Positions 39,890-50,231 of a DNA stretch of 64,000 bases are shown in pieces. Source of the DNA: Acidobacteriota bacterium (GTDB lineage Bacteria; Acidobacteriota; Thermoanaerobaculia; Multivoradales; Multivoraceae); contig QQVD01000057.1 of assembly GCA_003388555.1 (NCBI GenBank), positions 43,192 through 107,191 of the forward strand, written 5' to 3'. The notes beneath the pieces were generated by a model, which had not been told where the DNA came from, did not search any database, and saw only the letters and a list, made by a program, of their open reading frames with translations. Within the stretch, counting starts at the first letter, position 1, and each line of letters starts with the position of its first letter. Both the position numbers and the translations under genes were made by a program.

Positions 39890-41635
39890 GCGGAAGTGCC
39901 GCACGACGACGATGCCGCCGAAGAGCAGGGCGCAGCCGAGGGCGACGAGCGCCGCGGTGTGCAGCCAGCTCTGGTCGCGGCTGGCCAGGAGCACGATGCT
40001 ACCCGCCACCAGCAGCGACGAGACGAGCACTGCGGTCGCGAGCAGCCGCGAGGCGAAGACCAGCGCCGCGGTCAGGCGGTCGAGCCCGCCGTGCGAGAGC
40101 TTGAGCTCCAGCTCGCTGCGCCGCAAGCGGTCGAGCAGCGCCCGGACGTCGTGGGGCAGCTCCTCCAGCAGGCCGCCATAGGCACCGAGAAGGGCTGCGG
40201 CGCGGCGCCGCAGCGCCTCACCGGAGAAGCGTGAGAGCAGGGTGGCGCGGGTCTGGCGGGTGATCTCCTCGACGACGCTGAACTCGGGGTCGAGCCTGGC
40301 GGCGAGCGACTCGAGGGTGCTCAGGGTCTTGACCAGTTTCAGCAGATCGGCCGGGATGCGTGCCTCGTGCTGGCGGAGGATCCGGAACAGGCGTTGAAGG
40401 AGCGAGGTGACCCGCAGGCTCTCGAGAGTCGCCTGGTCGAAGTCGACCATCAGCCCGTGCAGGCTGCGCTGCAGGGCCCGGTCGTCCTCGAGCCCCGGAT
40501 CGGCGTCGACCAGGCGGCACGCCACCTGTTGCACCTGCCGCACCCGCCCATCGAAGACGGCGTGGATCATCTCGGCGAGCAGATCGCGCTGCTCCTGACT
40601 GAGATACCCGACGATGCCGCAGTCGACGAAGCCGATGCGGTCGCCTTCGAGCAGGATCAGATTGCCGGCGTGCGGATCGGCGTGGAAGAAGCCGTGCTGT
40701 AGGCACTGCTCGACCACCGCCAGGCTGCCTCGCCGCACCAGGGTGCGCCGGCTCTCCAGCGGCAGACTGGCGACGTCGACCTGGGTGAAGGGCGTCCCGA
40801 GCAGCTCCTCGAGCACCAGGATCCTCGGTGTCGTCACCTGCCAGTGGACCTCGGGGAAGACGATCTCGTCGTGATCGCGGAACAGGCGCCGCAGCCGGTC
40901 GGTGGCGCGACCCTCGTGGAGGAGATCGAGCTCCTCCATCCGGTCCTGGGCGAACTGCTCCAGCACCTCGGAGGGGCTGAAACCGAGGTTGGCGTTCTGT
41001 TCGACGAACGAGGCGAGCAGCGACAGCACCTCGAGGTCGGCCTGGATGACGCCGCGCACCCCCGGCCGCAGGATCTTCAGCACCACCCGGGTGCCGTCGA
41101 CGAGGGTCGCCCTGTGCACCTGGGCGATCGATCCCGCGGCCAGCGGGTCGGGATCGATGTGGCGGAACAGGGCTTCGTGCCGCTCGCCGAGGCGTTCGAC
41201 GAGCAGCTCGTGGATCTCCTCCCAGGGAACGGGCTGCACGTCGTCCTGCAGCCGTGCGAGGGGTTCGGCCCAACCCTCGGGCAGCAGGTCCTCGCGACTG
41301 ACCAGGAACTGGCCGAGCTTGACGAAGGTCGGTCGCAGCTCCTCGATCGCCCGCGCCAGGCGTTCGGCGGAGGCATGCGCTCGGCCGGCCGTGCGCTCGG
41401 CCGACGACCCGCCTCCTGTGTCGACCGCGGTGGACGGCGCTGATTCGTCTGAGCCACCCCGGATCCAGTGTGGGAGCTGGAAGTGGTCGGCGAGGTCGGA
41501 GAAGCCGTGTTTGACGAAGACCGCGGCGACCTCGCGGGCGCGCTGCACGACGCGGAGCTTGCTGGGGATCGGGCTCTTCACGACCAGTGCTGGACAGCCT
41601 GCCAGGATCGACGACCTCAGCGCCGTACGGGACAT
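39878..41635 (-). CDS. ABC1/UbiB/AarF family atypical kinase
   Basis: PTFVKLGQ, LQD, PLAAGSIAQVH, FFHADPHAGN, DCG; two C-terminal TM segments. Confidence 0.92.
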   Translation of the reverse strand: MSRTALRSSILAGCPALVVKSPIPSKLRVVQRAREVAAVFVKHGFSDLADHFQLPHWIRGGSDESAPSTAVDTGGGSSAERTAGRAHASAERLARAIEELRPTFVKLGQFLVSREDLLPEGWAEPLARLQDDVQPVPWEEIHELLVERLGERHEALFRHIDPDPLAAGSIAQVHRATLVDGTRVVLKILRPGVRGVIQADLEVLSLLASFVEQNANLGFSPSEVLEQFAQDRMEELDLLHEGRATDRLRRLFRDHDEIVFPEVHWQVTTPRILVLEELLGTPFTQVDVASLPLESRRTLVRRGSLAVVEQCLQHGFFHADPHAGNLILLEGDRIGFVDCGIVGYLSQEQRDLLAEMIHAVFDGRVRQVQQVACRLVDADPGLEDDRALQRSLHGLMVDFDQATLESLRVTSLLQRLFRILRQHEARIPADLLKLVKTLSTLESLAARLDPEFSVVEEITRQTRATLLSRFSGEALRRRAAALLGAYGGLLEELPHDVRALLDRLRRSELELKLSHGGLDRLTAALVFASRLLATAVLVSSLLVAGSIVLLASRDQSWLHTAALVALGCALLFGGIVVVRHFRYDQ

Positions 41636-41740
41636 TCCGGATGGCGGGTGGGCCTGTCGCCGCTACATGCTGTCAGAGCGCCGTCGCGAAACCGCGCGAC
41701 GCGGCCTCGCGCCGAGAACGATGTCGAAGGAGATGGACCC

Positions 41741-41998
41741 GTGAAGGAACCGAAGGTGGTCAAGGAACTGTTGGCGACGGTCGAGACGCTGCGAGACGAG
41801 ATGCGCGTCCAGGCCAACCTGGCCAGCAAGGACGCCAGGGACGAGCTGCACCGCCTCGAGGAGCGCTGGAAGTCGCTCGATCGTGAGCGTCGGCGGGTCG
41901 CCGAGGTGGTCGAGGAGACGGCCGAGGAGTCGTGGGCGGGCATGCGCATGGCACTGGAGGAGCTCCGCGACGGCTACCGCAGGCTGCGCAAGGGCTGA
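41741..41998 (+). CDS. Small coiled-coil hypothetical protein
   Basis: AAGGAG upstream of GTG 41741; LRDEMRVQANLASKDARDE helical pattern. Confidence 0.7.
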   Translation: MKEPKVVKELLATVETLRDEMRVQANLASKDARDELHRLEERWKSLDRERRRVAEVVEETAEESWAGMRMALEELRDGYRRLRKG

Positions 41999-42327
41999 GA
42001 CCCGCACCGGCGCCTCGGGGACGATGCGCGCCGGCTTCGGACGTGGGCGCGACGCCCATCCTCGGAACCGGCCGTGCAGCGGAGACGACGCGGCCCTCGA
42101 CGGCGGGCGCCGGGCCCGGCATCCTCGATCCGAAGTGAGCGCAGCATCGGCGAACCTCCGCTGGATGCGCTCCTGGGACTGCTACGCTCCCCGAGCCCAA
42201 GGCGGTGCTCGCCGCGCTCGAGGGCGGTCGAGGTAGGGCGAAGGAGTACCGGCGCTCCTGTCGCGGCCGAACGGCGGCGGGATGCGGTTCTCGTCACCGT
42301 CTCCGAATGCAGCCCCAGGAGTTCCAG

Positions 42328-43494
42328 ATGCTTCGCAGCCCCCGTTCCGTCCGCCGCCTCCCTCTCGCCCCCCGCGGCGCCTTCCGGGCGTCGCTCCCGA
42401 GTTTCGTGGCGCTCGGCGCGCTCACCACGCTCCTGTTCGCGTTCGTCGCGTGCGGCGGCGGCTCGACCGGGGCCGGTGGCGAAGCTCCCGAGGAAGGTGA
42501 ACGACGCTTCCTGAGCCTCGGGACGGCTCCGCCCGGCGGCGCCTTCTTCGTCGTCGGCGGTGCCCTGAGCGAGGTGCTCGGACAGTACGGCCCGAGTGGC
42601 TGGCAGGTGACCAACGAGGCGACCAAGGGCTCGCAGGAGAACATCCGACGGCTCGATGCGGGCGAGATCGATCTGGCGCTCTCCAATGCCGCCATCACCT
42701 ACTTCGCGGTGCGTGGCGAGGGCGAGTGGGAGAAGGCGTTCGAGGTCAGCGCGGTGATGACGCTGGCGCCCAACGTGGCGCTGTTCCTGGCGCCGGAGAA
42801 CGGCCCGGTGCAGACGATCGCCGACCTGCGCGGCCGCCGCGTCGTCGTCGGGCCTGCTGGCGCCGGATTCGAGTACTTCCTGCAGCCGATGCTCGAGGCC
42901 CACGGTGTGGCCTACGAGGACTTCACGCCGCTCAACGCGACCCAGGCGGGCGCGGTCGACATGCTCGCCGATGGCGCCGCCGCGGCGGCCTTCCTCGGCG
43001 GCGCGGTGCCGACGGCGTCGATCACCCAGGCCACCAGCGGCCAGGCGATCCGCTTCGTGCCCTACGGCGACGAGGCGAAGCAGAACCTGATCCGCGACTA
43101 CCCCTTCTTCGAGGCGGCGACGATCCCGGCCGGCACCTACCGCGGCCAGGAAGAGGCCTACGACGGCCTCAACGTCGGCTCGATGCACCTGATCGTGGCC
43201 AGCGGCGCCGATGAGGAGTTCGTCTACCAGGTCACGAAGACCCTCTGGGAGCAGCGCGAGGCGGTCGTCGAGCGGCACCCGGCCGGCCGTGCGATCAACG
43301 AGCGGGTGGCGGTGCGTGACACCGGCACGCCGTTCCATCCGGGCGCCGAGCGCTTCTACCGCGAGATCGGTATCTGGCCGGACGGTGAGGCCGGCGAGGT
43401 GACGCCGACCGAGGCCGGGGCGGCGGGTGGCAGCGAGAGCGAGCCCACTGCGGACACGGGGGCTGCCGGAGCCGAGTCTCCGGAAGGTCGATGA
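42328..43494 (+). CDS. TAXI family TRAP transporter substrate-binding lipoprotein
   Basis: Lipobox-like FVAC; GTAPPGG, TKGSQEN, IPAGTY, PFHPGAERFYRE; start 42307 or 42328. Confidence 0.92.
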   Translation: MLRSPRSVRRLPLAPRGAFRASLPSFVALGALTTLLFAFVACGGGSTGAGGEAPEEGERRFLSLGTAPPGGAFFVVGGALSEVLGQYGPSGWQVTNEATKGSQENIRRLDAGEIDLALSNAAITYFAVRGEGEWEKAFEVSAVMTLAPNVALFLAPENGPVQTIADLRGRRVVVGPAGAGFEYFLQPMLEAHGVAYEDFTPLNATQAGAVDMLADGAAAAAFLGGAVPTASITQATSGQAIRFVPYGDEAKQNLIRDYPFFEAATIPAGTYRGQEEAYDGLNVGSMHLIVASGADEEFVYQVTKTLWEQREAVVERHPAGRAINERVAVRDTGTPFHPGAERFYREIGIWPDGEAGEVTPTEAGAAGGSESEPTADTGAAGAESPEGR

Positions 43495-43546
43495 GCCTGC
43501 AGCCCGTCCGGCGGGCGCATTCCATGGCGGCTTCGGAGGGCTTGCG

Positions 43547-45637
43547 GTGAGCGACGAAGCAACGACCCCGTCGCCACGGCCGATCCGACGCGGCCGCTGG
43601 TCGGCGGCGCTCGGAGCGCTGCTCGTCCTCTTCACCCTCTTCGAGGTCAACTATCCCGTTCTGCGACCGCAGAGCGACCTGGCGATCTTCGCCCTCTTCG
43701 GGCTGCTCTTCTGTTTCCTCTTCCCGCGCGGCAAGGCCGGCGCCGCTTCGCGGCATCGGGCGCTTCGCCTCCTCGACTACGTGCTCGCCGGGGTCTCGAC
43801 CCTGGTCTGCGTCTACGTCATCGCGCAGACCGAGCCGTCGTTCTCGGCCTGGTGGCTCGACGGCTCCTCGCTGGGCGACCGCGCCGGCGCCGAGAGGCCG
43901 CTCGACTACCTGATCGGCGCTCTGGGGCTGGTGGTGGTGCTGGAGGGGGCGCGGCGGTCGGTGGGCTGGGCGTTGCCGATCCTGTCGGTGATCTTCCTGA
44001 TCTACGCCCAGGTCGGTCCTTCGCTTCCGACCTGGCTCTTCCCGCACCGCGGCTACGGCTGGGAGCGCATCGTCTCGCAGACCTTCCTGCACAGCCAGGG
44101 CGTCTTCGGCACGGCGTTGTCGGTGATGTTCACCTACGTCTTCCTGTTCGTGGTCTTCGGCGCCCTGCTCGAACGCACCGGCGCGACCCAGTTCGTGATC
44201 GACGCGGCGCAACGGATCTTCGCCGGCAGCGTCGGCGGCGCCGCCAAGGTCTCGGTGCTGTCGAGCGGCCTGATGGGCTCGCTGTCGGGCAGCGCGGTCG
44301 CCAACACCGCGACGACGGGGACGTTCACCATCCCTTTGATGCGCTCCAGCGGCTTCAAGCGCCACGAGGCGGCGGGCATCGAGGCGGCGGCGAGCTCGGG
44401 GGGCGCCCTCGTGCCCCCGGTGATGGGCGCCGGCGCCTACATGATGCTCGAGATCGTCGATCCGCCGGTGACCTATCTCGAGATCGTTCGCGCCGCGCTC
44501 CTGCCGTCGTTGATCTACTACTTCTCGCTGTTCACCATCGTGCACTTCGTCGCCCACCGCGTGCACTGGTTCGCCAGTCGGGGGATCGCCCGTCCCGGGC
44601 GCCGCATGGCAGGGCTCGTCGGTGAAGCCAAGGCGGCGAGCTCGGGTGCGGGCGCGACAGACGACGAGCAGGGCTTCGACGGCGAACGCGAACCGGCGCC
44701 GACGGCGCCCGGCGGCGTGGCGCCCAACTCACGCTGGGCAGGCGTGCTCTTCGTCGGCTCGCTGACGGTGCTCATCGGGCTGTTGCTGATGCGCTTCTCG
44801 GTCTTCCGCGCGGTGACTGTGGCGCTCATCGTCGTCGCGGTGCTCGCCATGGCGCACGGCGAGACCCGGCTGGGCCTGCGCGACCTGCTCGACGTCGCGG
44901 CACGGGCGGCGCGCGGTTCGGTGGCACTGATCTGCGCCGCGGCATCGGTCGGCGTGGTGATCGGAGTGGTGACGCTGACCGGGATCGGTACCAAGCTGCC
45001 CTCGGTGCTGCTGCCGCTGGCTGAGCAGAACCTGATGGCGGCGCTGACCCTGATCATGATCTCGTCGATCGTGCTCGGCATGGGACTGCCGTCGGCGGGC
45101 TGCTACCTGCTGATGGCGACGCTGATCGGACCGGTGCTCGGCAACCTCGGCGTGGTGCCGCTGGCGGCGCACCTGTTCATCTTCTACTTCGGCATGATGT
45201 CGATGGTGACGCCGCCGGTGGCGCTGGCGGCGTACACCGCGGCGTCGATCGCCGACGCCGGGATCATGCGCTCCGGGATCGCCGCCTTCCGCTTCGCCCT
45301 GGTCGGCTTCACTCTGCCGTACCTCTTCGTGCTGCGCCCCGAGCTGCTGCTGATGTCGCCGGAGGGCGGCGCGCCACCGGTGCTGCGGGTGGTGGTCTCG
45401 GTGATCGTCGCGATCGCGGGCATCGTGCCGCTGGCGGCGGCGATCTCGGGCTACCTGCGCTGTCCGATCGGCTGGCAGCTGCGCCTGGTCTGTCTGGCGA
45501 TCTCGGGGCTGCTGCTGTGGCCGGCTCCACAGCATCAGATGCTGGGCTGGAACGACATCACCGGCTTCGTGCTGCTGATGATCCTGCTGGCTTTCAGCGG
45601 TCGCCTCTCTCCCGGATATCGAAGCGCTTCGCCTTGA
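43547..45637 (+). CDS. TRAP transporter fused permease (4TM/12TM)
   Basis: GAAKVSV, SGSAVAN, TGTFTIPLM, EAAASSGG, PPVMGAGA, LGMGLP, TPPVALAA. Confidence 0.93.
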   Translation: MSDEATTPSPRPIRRGRWSAALGALLVLFTLFEVNYPVLRPQSDLAIFALFGLLFCFLFPRGKAGAASRHRALRLLDYVLAGVSTLVCVYVIAQTEPSFSAWWLDGSSLGDRAGAERPLDYLIGALGLVVVLEGARRSVGWALPILSVIFLIYAQVGPSLPTWLFPHRGYGWERIVSQTFLHSQGVFGTALSVMFTYVFLFVVFGALLERTGATQFVIDAAQRIFAGSVGGAAKVSVLSSGLMGSLSGSAVANTATTGTFTIPLMRSSGFKRHEAAGIEAAASSGGALVPPVMGAGAYMMLEIVDPPVTYLEIVRAALLPSLIYYFSLFTIVHFVAHRVHWFASRGIARPGRRMAGLVGEAKAASSGAGATDDEQGFDGEREPAPTAPGGVAPNSRWAGVLFVGSLTVLIGLLLMRFSVFRAVTVALIVVAVLAMAHGETRLGLRDLLDVAARAARGSVALICAAASVGVVIGVVTLTGIGTKLPSVLLPLAEQNLMAALTLIMISSIVLGMGLPSAGCYLLMATLIGPVLGNLGVVPLAAHLFIFYFGMMSMVTPPVALAAYTAASIADAGIMRSGIAAFRFALVGFTLPYLFVLRPELLLMSPEGGAPPVLRVVVSVIVAIAGIVPLAAAISGYLRCPIGWQLRLVCLAISGLLLWPAPQHQMLGWNDITGFVLLMILLAFSGRLSPGYRSASP

Positions 45638-46988
45638 GCTCGAAGCGGGGGAGGGTTCCGGCATCGACCAGCTCGATGGGCACCCGCAGGTGCAGCGCCT
45701 CGCGGAAACGCCGCTCGAGTTGCTCCAGCGCGCTGCGCCGACCGGCGTCGTCGAGGTCGGGCTGCAGCTCGATCCTCAGCCGCAGCTCGCTCATCTGTCG
45801 GTCACGCAGGACCTCGGCGCGGTACTCGACGACGGCCGGCACCTGGCGCACGATGCCGTCCACCGCCGAGGGGTAGACGTTGACGCCGCGCACGACGAAC
45901 ATGTCGTCGAGCCTCCCGAGCACGCCGCCGGGAAGCCAGAGGCGCGCATCGGGACGTGCTCCCACTGCGAGGTCGGATTCGGCCCGGAGCCCGGGGCGGC
46001 AGGCGCGCACCAGGTCGCCGGTGCGGTAGCGCACAACGGGCCTGTCGGGTCGTGCCAGGTTGGTGAGTACCAGCTCGCCCTCGCGAATGGTCGGCCCGAT
46101 CTCGTGGCCGGGCACGATGCTGCCGTCCTCCGGGTCGCGCAGCTCGACGACGAAACGGCTCTCGTCGACGAAGAGACCGTCGGGCGCCGGATAGCCCCAG
46201 GCGCCGACCTCGGTGGCGCCGGCGTGGTCGTGACAGCGGGCTCCCCAGGCCTGCTCGAGCTGACGCGCCACGGCGGGAACGCTGGCGCCGGGCTCGCCGG
46301 CGTGCAGGGTGACGCGCACCGCACTGCGCGCCAGGTCGACGCCGCGCGACTCGGCCACCTCCGCCAGGCGCAGGGCGTAGGTGGGGGTGCAGACGACAAC
46401 GGTGGCGCCGAAGGCGACGATCTGATCCAGGCGCTGCTCGGAGCTCTGGGCGCCGCCGCTGAGGGTCAGGGCGCCGAGCTTCTGTGCGGCCTCGAAGGCG
46501 CCCCAGAAGCCGATGAACGGACCGAAGGAGAAGGCGACGTAGACCCGGTCGGAGGCGGTGACGCCGGCGGCCCGCAGCACCAGCTCCCACGACTCGAGGA
46601 AGCCTTCCCAGTTGCGGGCGCTGTCGGGCCAGAGCAGAGGCTGGCCGGTGCTGCCGGAAGTCTGGTGCAGGCGCACGAGATGGCTTTCCGGGCAGCTCAG
46701 ATTGGTGCCGAAGGGAGGGTGCTCGCGCTGATCCGCCAACAGATCGTCCTTGCTCAGCAGCGGCTGTGCCGCGAGCGTCATGAACGGATCCCCATCGTGA
46801 TCTCCGCGGCGGTCGAACCCACGCCGGCGGTAGAACGGATTGCACCGTCCGAGGAGGTCGAAGAGCTCGCCCAGCGCATGCCCCTGATGAACGCCCAACG
46901 CCTCGAGGTCGCTGGCGAGTAGCGCCTCGTAGCTGGAGAGCAGCGCCGCCGGAGCGAGCTCTCGGTGAAGAGGAGTTGACTGCGTCAT
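45594..46988 (-). CDS. Phenylacetate-CoA ligase (PaaK)-like adenylate-forming enzyme
   Basis: HQTSGSTG, CTPTYA, AGEPG, GATE, RYRTGD, GRLDDM..VRGVNVYP, LPRFELKAKR. Confidence 0.88.
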   Translation of the reverse strand: MTQSTPLHRELAPAALLSSYEALLASDLEALGVHQGHALGELFDLLGRCNPFYRRRGFDRRGDHDGDPFMTLAAQPLLSKDDLLADQREHPPFGTNLSCPESHLVRLHQTSGSTGQPLLWPDSARNWEGFLESWELVLRAAGVTASDRVYVAFSFGPFIGFWGAFEAAQKLGALTLSGGAQSSEQRLDQIVAFGATVVVCTPTYALRLAEVAESRGVDLARSAVRVTLHAGEPGASVPAVARQLEQAWGARCHDHAGATEVGAWGYPAPDGLFVDESRFVVELRDPEDGSIVPGHEIGPTIREGELVLTNLARPDRPVVRYRTGDLVRACRPGLRAESDLAVGARPDARLWLPGGVLGRLDDMFVVRGVNVYPSAVDGIVRQVPAVVEYRAEVLRDRQMSELRLRIELQPDLDDAGRRSALEQLERRFREALHLRVPIELVDAGTLPRFELKAKRFDIRERGDR

Positions 46989-47063
46989 GGGAGTTCGAGG
47001 GCACCGCCCGGCGACCGGGGCAAAGGTCGCCGGCGCACCGCAGGAGGCGTCGCGCCAGGCGGC

Positions 47064-47912
47064 TCAACGCTGATCGGGAGTGGCGATCTCCAGCCGGCGC
47101 TCGAGCCGCGGCGCCGGGCTCTCGTCGGCGAAGCGTACTTCGACGTCGAGGTCGCGGGCGGGCTCGCCGAACTCGCGCATCAGCCAGCCGGTGATGAACT
47201 CCTCGGTGCGGCGCCTGCCGATCTCGCGCACCAGCTCGACGTTGCTGGCGGCGCGTCGGCGCAGCATCGGGGTGATGCCGCGACGCAGCTTCTCGACCGC
47301 GTCGTCGGCGTCGCGCAGCACCGAGCTCTCGCGCACCTCGAAGGATAGGCGCGAGGCGTCGATCGCCGGGCGGTTGAACTCGATCGGCGGCGCCGAGACG
47401 TAGAGGTCGTCGTCGACGAGCTCGAAGCTCCACTCCTTGGACAGGTCGAGGTAGTAGGTGTAGCTGACCGGTGCGCGGGCCTCGACGACGATGTCGGGCA
47501 GATCGAGCTGGCCCCAGAGCACCGACGCGCTGTCCTTGCGCTCGAAGATCTCGGTCTGGTCGAGAGTGGCGAACTGCAGGTAGCTGCTGCCGGAGACCTC
47601 GGTGGCGTAGCTGGCGAAGCTGGTGGTGACGCTGCCCTGGCGGAACGCCCTCGCCATCTCGACGGCGGTGTCGGCCGCCGCCTGGGCGGCGCGGGTGGTG
47701 GTGTCGAGCGCCGTGCGCCCCGCGTTCGCTGCCTGGCGCACGACGTAGAAGGCGACGAAGGCACCCATCGCCAGCGTCAGCACCCCGACGAGGACCATCG
47801 CCTCGGCCCAGCCGATGCGGAAGCCGCGCTGTCTGACGCCGCTCGCAGGCGGCGGAGCGGAATCGTGACTGGGGCCGTTCGGCGGCGTCGTCGGCGGAGG
47901 CGAGGCGTTCAT
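47064..47912 (-). CDS. Single-TM protein, DUF4230-like
   Basis: N-terminal TM; PVSYTYYLDLS...VSAPP pattern; ATG 47912. Confidence 0.65.
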   Translation of the reverse strand: MNASPPPTTPPNGPSHDSAPPPASGVRQRGFRIGWAEAMVLVGVLTLAMGAFVAFYVVRQAANAGRTALDTTTRAAQAAADTAVEMARAFRQGSVTTSFASYATEVSGSSYLQFATLDQTEIFERKDSASVLWGQLDLPDIVVEARAPVSYTYYLDLSKEWSFELVDDDLYVSAPPIEFNRPAIDASRLSFEVRESSVLRDADDAVEKLRRGITPMLRRRAASNVELVREIGRRRTEEFITGWLMREFGEPARDLDVEVRFADESPAPRLERRLEIATPDQR

Positions 47913-48022
47913 GGAGCGAGCGTATCCGTTCGCGCACGGGTCTGGCGCTCGCTTCGCCGCGGCGGGCAGGGAGAGCTCGGCGGGAGGAGTCCAGGCCCGG
48001 CGATGGCACAATCCCGAGGCTC

Positions 48023-49774
48023 ATGATCGGTTCCCTGCTCAGCGACGCACAGCGCGCCCTGCTCGCCGACATCCGACGCGAGCTGACGGAGCTGTCGGAG
48101 CGCTTCGCGGAGTGGCACGTCTCGTCCTCCTCCCGGCAGACGCTTGCCGACACTCTCGAGACGCTCGACGAGCCGTTCCTGATCGTGGTCGTGGGTGAGT
48201 TCAACGCCGGCAAGAGCACGCTGCTCAATGCCCTGCTGGGAGACGACCTGCTCGCCGAAGGGGTGACGCCGACGACCTCGAAGGTGCACTGGATCCGTGG
48301 CGGCGGAGAAGCAGGCGCCGTGACGGAGCCGGCGGTCGACCGACGCGGGGTGGTGGTGGTGCGGGCGGATGCGCCGCTGCTGCGCGACACCGGCCTGGTC
48401 GACACTCCCGGCACCAACGCCATCGACAGGGAGCACGAAGCCCTCACCGAGGAGTTCGTCCCGCGCGCCGACGCCATCGTCTTCGTGACCTCCTCCGACC
48501 GGCCCTTCTCGGAGAGCGAGCGTCGCTTCCTGGCCCGGCTCGAGCGCTGGGGGAAGAAGACCGTGGTGGTGGTCAACAAGAGCGACCTGCTGGAGACCGA
48601 GGAGGATCGCGCCGAGGTCGCCCGTTTCGTGCGCGACGCCGCCACCGGCCTGCTCGGCGCCGAGCCGCCGACCTTCTTCGTCAGCGCCAGGCGTCAGCGC
48701 CGGAGCGACGCAGCGCTCGAGGCGAAGGGTGACGAGGGGTTCGCCGCCTTCGAGCGCTATCTGCTCGAGACCCTCGATCCCGAGCAGCGGTTCCGGCTCA
48801 AGGCGGAGACGCCGCTGAGGGTGGCCACCGAGCTGATCCGCGAGCGACGCGACGACCTCGAGGGTTTGAAGGAGCTGCTCGCCGACGACTTCGAGACCCT
48901 GGAGCGGATCGAGGCGCAGAACGCCGCCTTCCACCAGGACATGCGGCGGGAGTTCGAGTTCCGCCTCGGTGACATCGACAGCGTGCTGCACGATCTCGAG
49001 CTGCGCGGAGTGCGCTTCTTCGACGAGGCGCTACGGCTGCGCAACGTCGGCGAGCTCCTGCAGCGGCGTCAGGTGGAGCGTCGCTTCCGCCGCGAGGTGA
49101 TCGGTGACATGGCGGATCAGGTGGACCGCAAGGTGCACGACCTGATCGATTGGATGGTCGCCAGCGAGCACCGCCAGTGGCGGGCCCTCGAGCAGCACAC
49201 CCGTGAACGCCTGCAGCGGCACGAGGGCAGTGTGGTGGGTACGGTCCAGGCTCCCCTCGAGACGCAGCGCGACCGGCTGCTCGAGTCGATGGGGCGCGCC
49301 GCGCGCGGCGCCGTCGAGCGCTTCGACCGCGACACCGAGGCCACCCGCCTGGCGGAATCGGTGCGCAAGGCGGTGGCGGGCGCCGCACTGCTCGAGGCGG
49401 GCGCTCTCGGCCTCGGTGGGATCTTCGCCATCGCCGCGATGACCAGCGCCGTCGACGTCACCGGAGTGCTGGCCGCCGGCACGGTCGCTGCCCTCGGTCT
49501 GGTGGTGCTCCCGGCGCGTCGGCGCCGGGCCAAGGCCGAGCTGCGTCGCAGCCTCGCCGAGCTGCGCGACAGGCTGATGCAGGCCCTGCGCGGCGCCTTC
49601 GATTCCGAGCTCGCGAGCGCCGAGAGACGGCTGCACGAGGCGACTGGCCCGTACACCCGGTTCGTGCGCTCCGAGGCGCAGAGGATCGACGACCAGCTGG
49701 ACGCCCTGGGCTCGCGTCGGGCGGAGGTGGAGGGGCTCCTGCTGCGGGTTGGCCGGATCGGGGAGTCCCGCTGA
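48023..49774 (+). CDS. Bacterial dynamin-like GTPase
   Basis: G1 GEFNAGKS, G2 PTT, G3 DTPG, G4 NKSD; helical stalk; paired hydrophobic segments near the C-terminus. Confidence 0.9.
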   Translation: MIGSLLSDAQRALLADIRRELTELSERFAEWHVSSSSRQTLADTLETLDEPFLIVVVGEFNAGKSTLLNALLGDDLLAEGVTPTTSKVHWIRGGGEAGAVTEPAVDRRGVVVVRADAPLLRDTGLVDTPGTNAIDREHEALTEEFVPRADAIVFVTSSDRPFSESERRFLARLERWGKKTVVVVNKSDLLETEEDRAEVARFVRDAATGLLGAEPPTFFVSARRQRRSDAALEAKGDEGFAAFERYLLETLDPEQRFRLKAETPLRVATELIRERRDDLEGLKELLADDFETLERIEAQNAAFHQDMRREFEFRLGDIDSVLHDLELRGVRFFDEALRLRNVGELLQRRQVERRFRREVIGDMADQVDRKVHDLIDWMVASEHRQWRALEQHTRERLQRHEGSVVGTVQAPLETQRDRLLESMGRAARGAVERFDRDTEATRLAESVRKAVAGAALLEAGALGLGGIFAIAAMTSAVDVTGVLAAGTVAALGLVVLPARRRRAKAELRRSLAELRDRLMQALRGAFDSELASAERRLHEATGPYTRFVRSEAQRIDDQLDALGSRRAEVEGLLLRVGRIGESR

Positions 49775-50231
49775 GCCGTCGAGTCTGCGCTCGGGCATCG
49801 GGCTGCGTGGCATGGCGGTGGGAAGTCAGGCGCGCTCACGGACGTTGCGGTTCACCGTGGACGCGCGACCGCCGCGACCGCGGGATAGCATCGGTCTACA
49901 CTGTCCGTTCCCGACCGGGCCTTCGGCTCGTACATCGGAAGCGGGTCGGCGGCCGAACCCAGATTCGTATCCGGACCCCAGTCGAGTCGGGGCCGCTGCG
50001 CCATCCGGGCGATCGAGCGGGTCGTCGCGATCCGGCGGCCGCGCAGGTGGTGCAACAGCAGCCTCCCTGCCGCCGTCTCCCTCGACAGCGCGGTCGGCGG
50101 TCCGCACGGCCAGTCTCCCGCCGACTACGCACCTCGCCCCGCATTGCACCCGAACCCCCTTTGTCCAGAAAACCGAATCGTGAGCTGCGGGCCGGTTGCC
50201 CGTTGGTCCCTTCTCCCACCGAGGCTTTGAC

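Noticed and set aside
45802..48645. 947-aa minus-strand ORF
   Set aside because: Arg/Ala-rich, no motifs, and overlaps three better-supported genes
49815..49835. Cobalamin-riboswitch-like GGGAAGTCAGG
   Set aside because: Lacks the other conserved elements (GCCACTG box, terminal GACCTGCC)
50040..50065. SRP-RNA-like CAGG...AGCAG motif
   Set aside because: The intervening stem closing a GNRA loop cannot form and the flanking long helix is not evident
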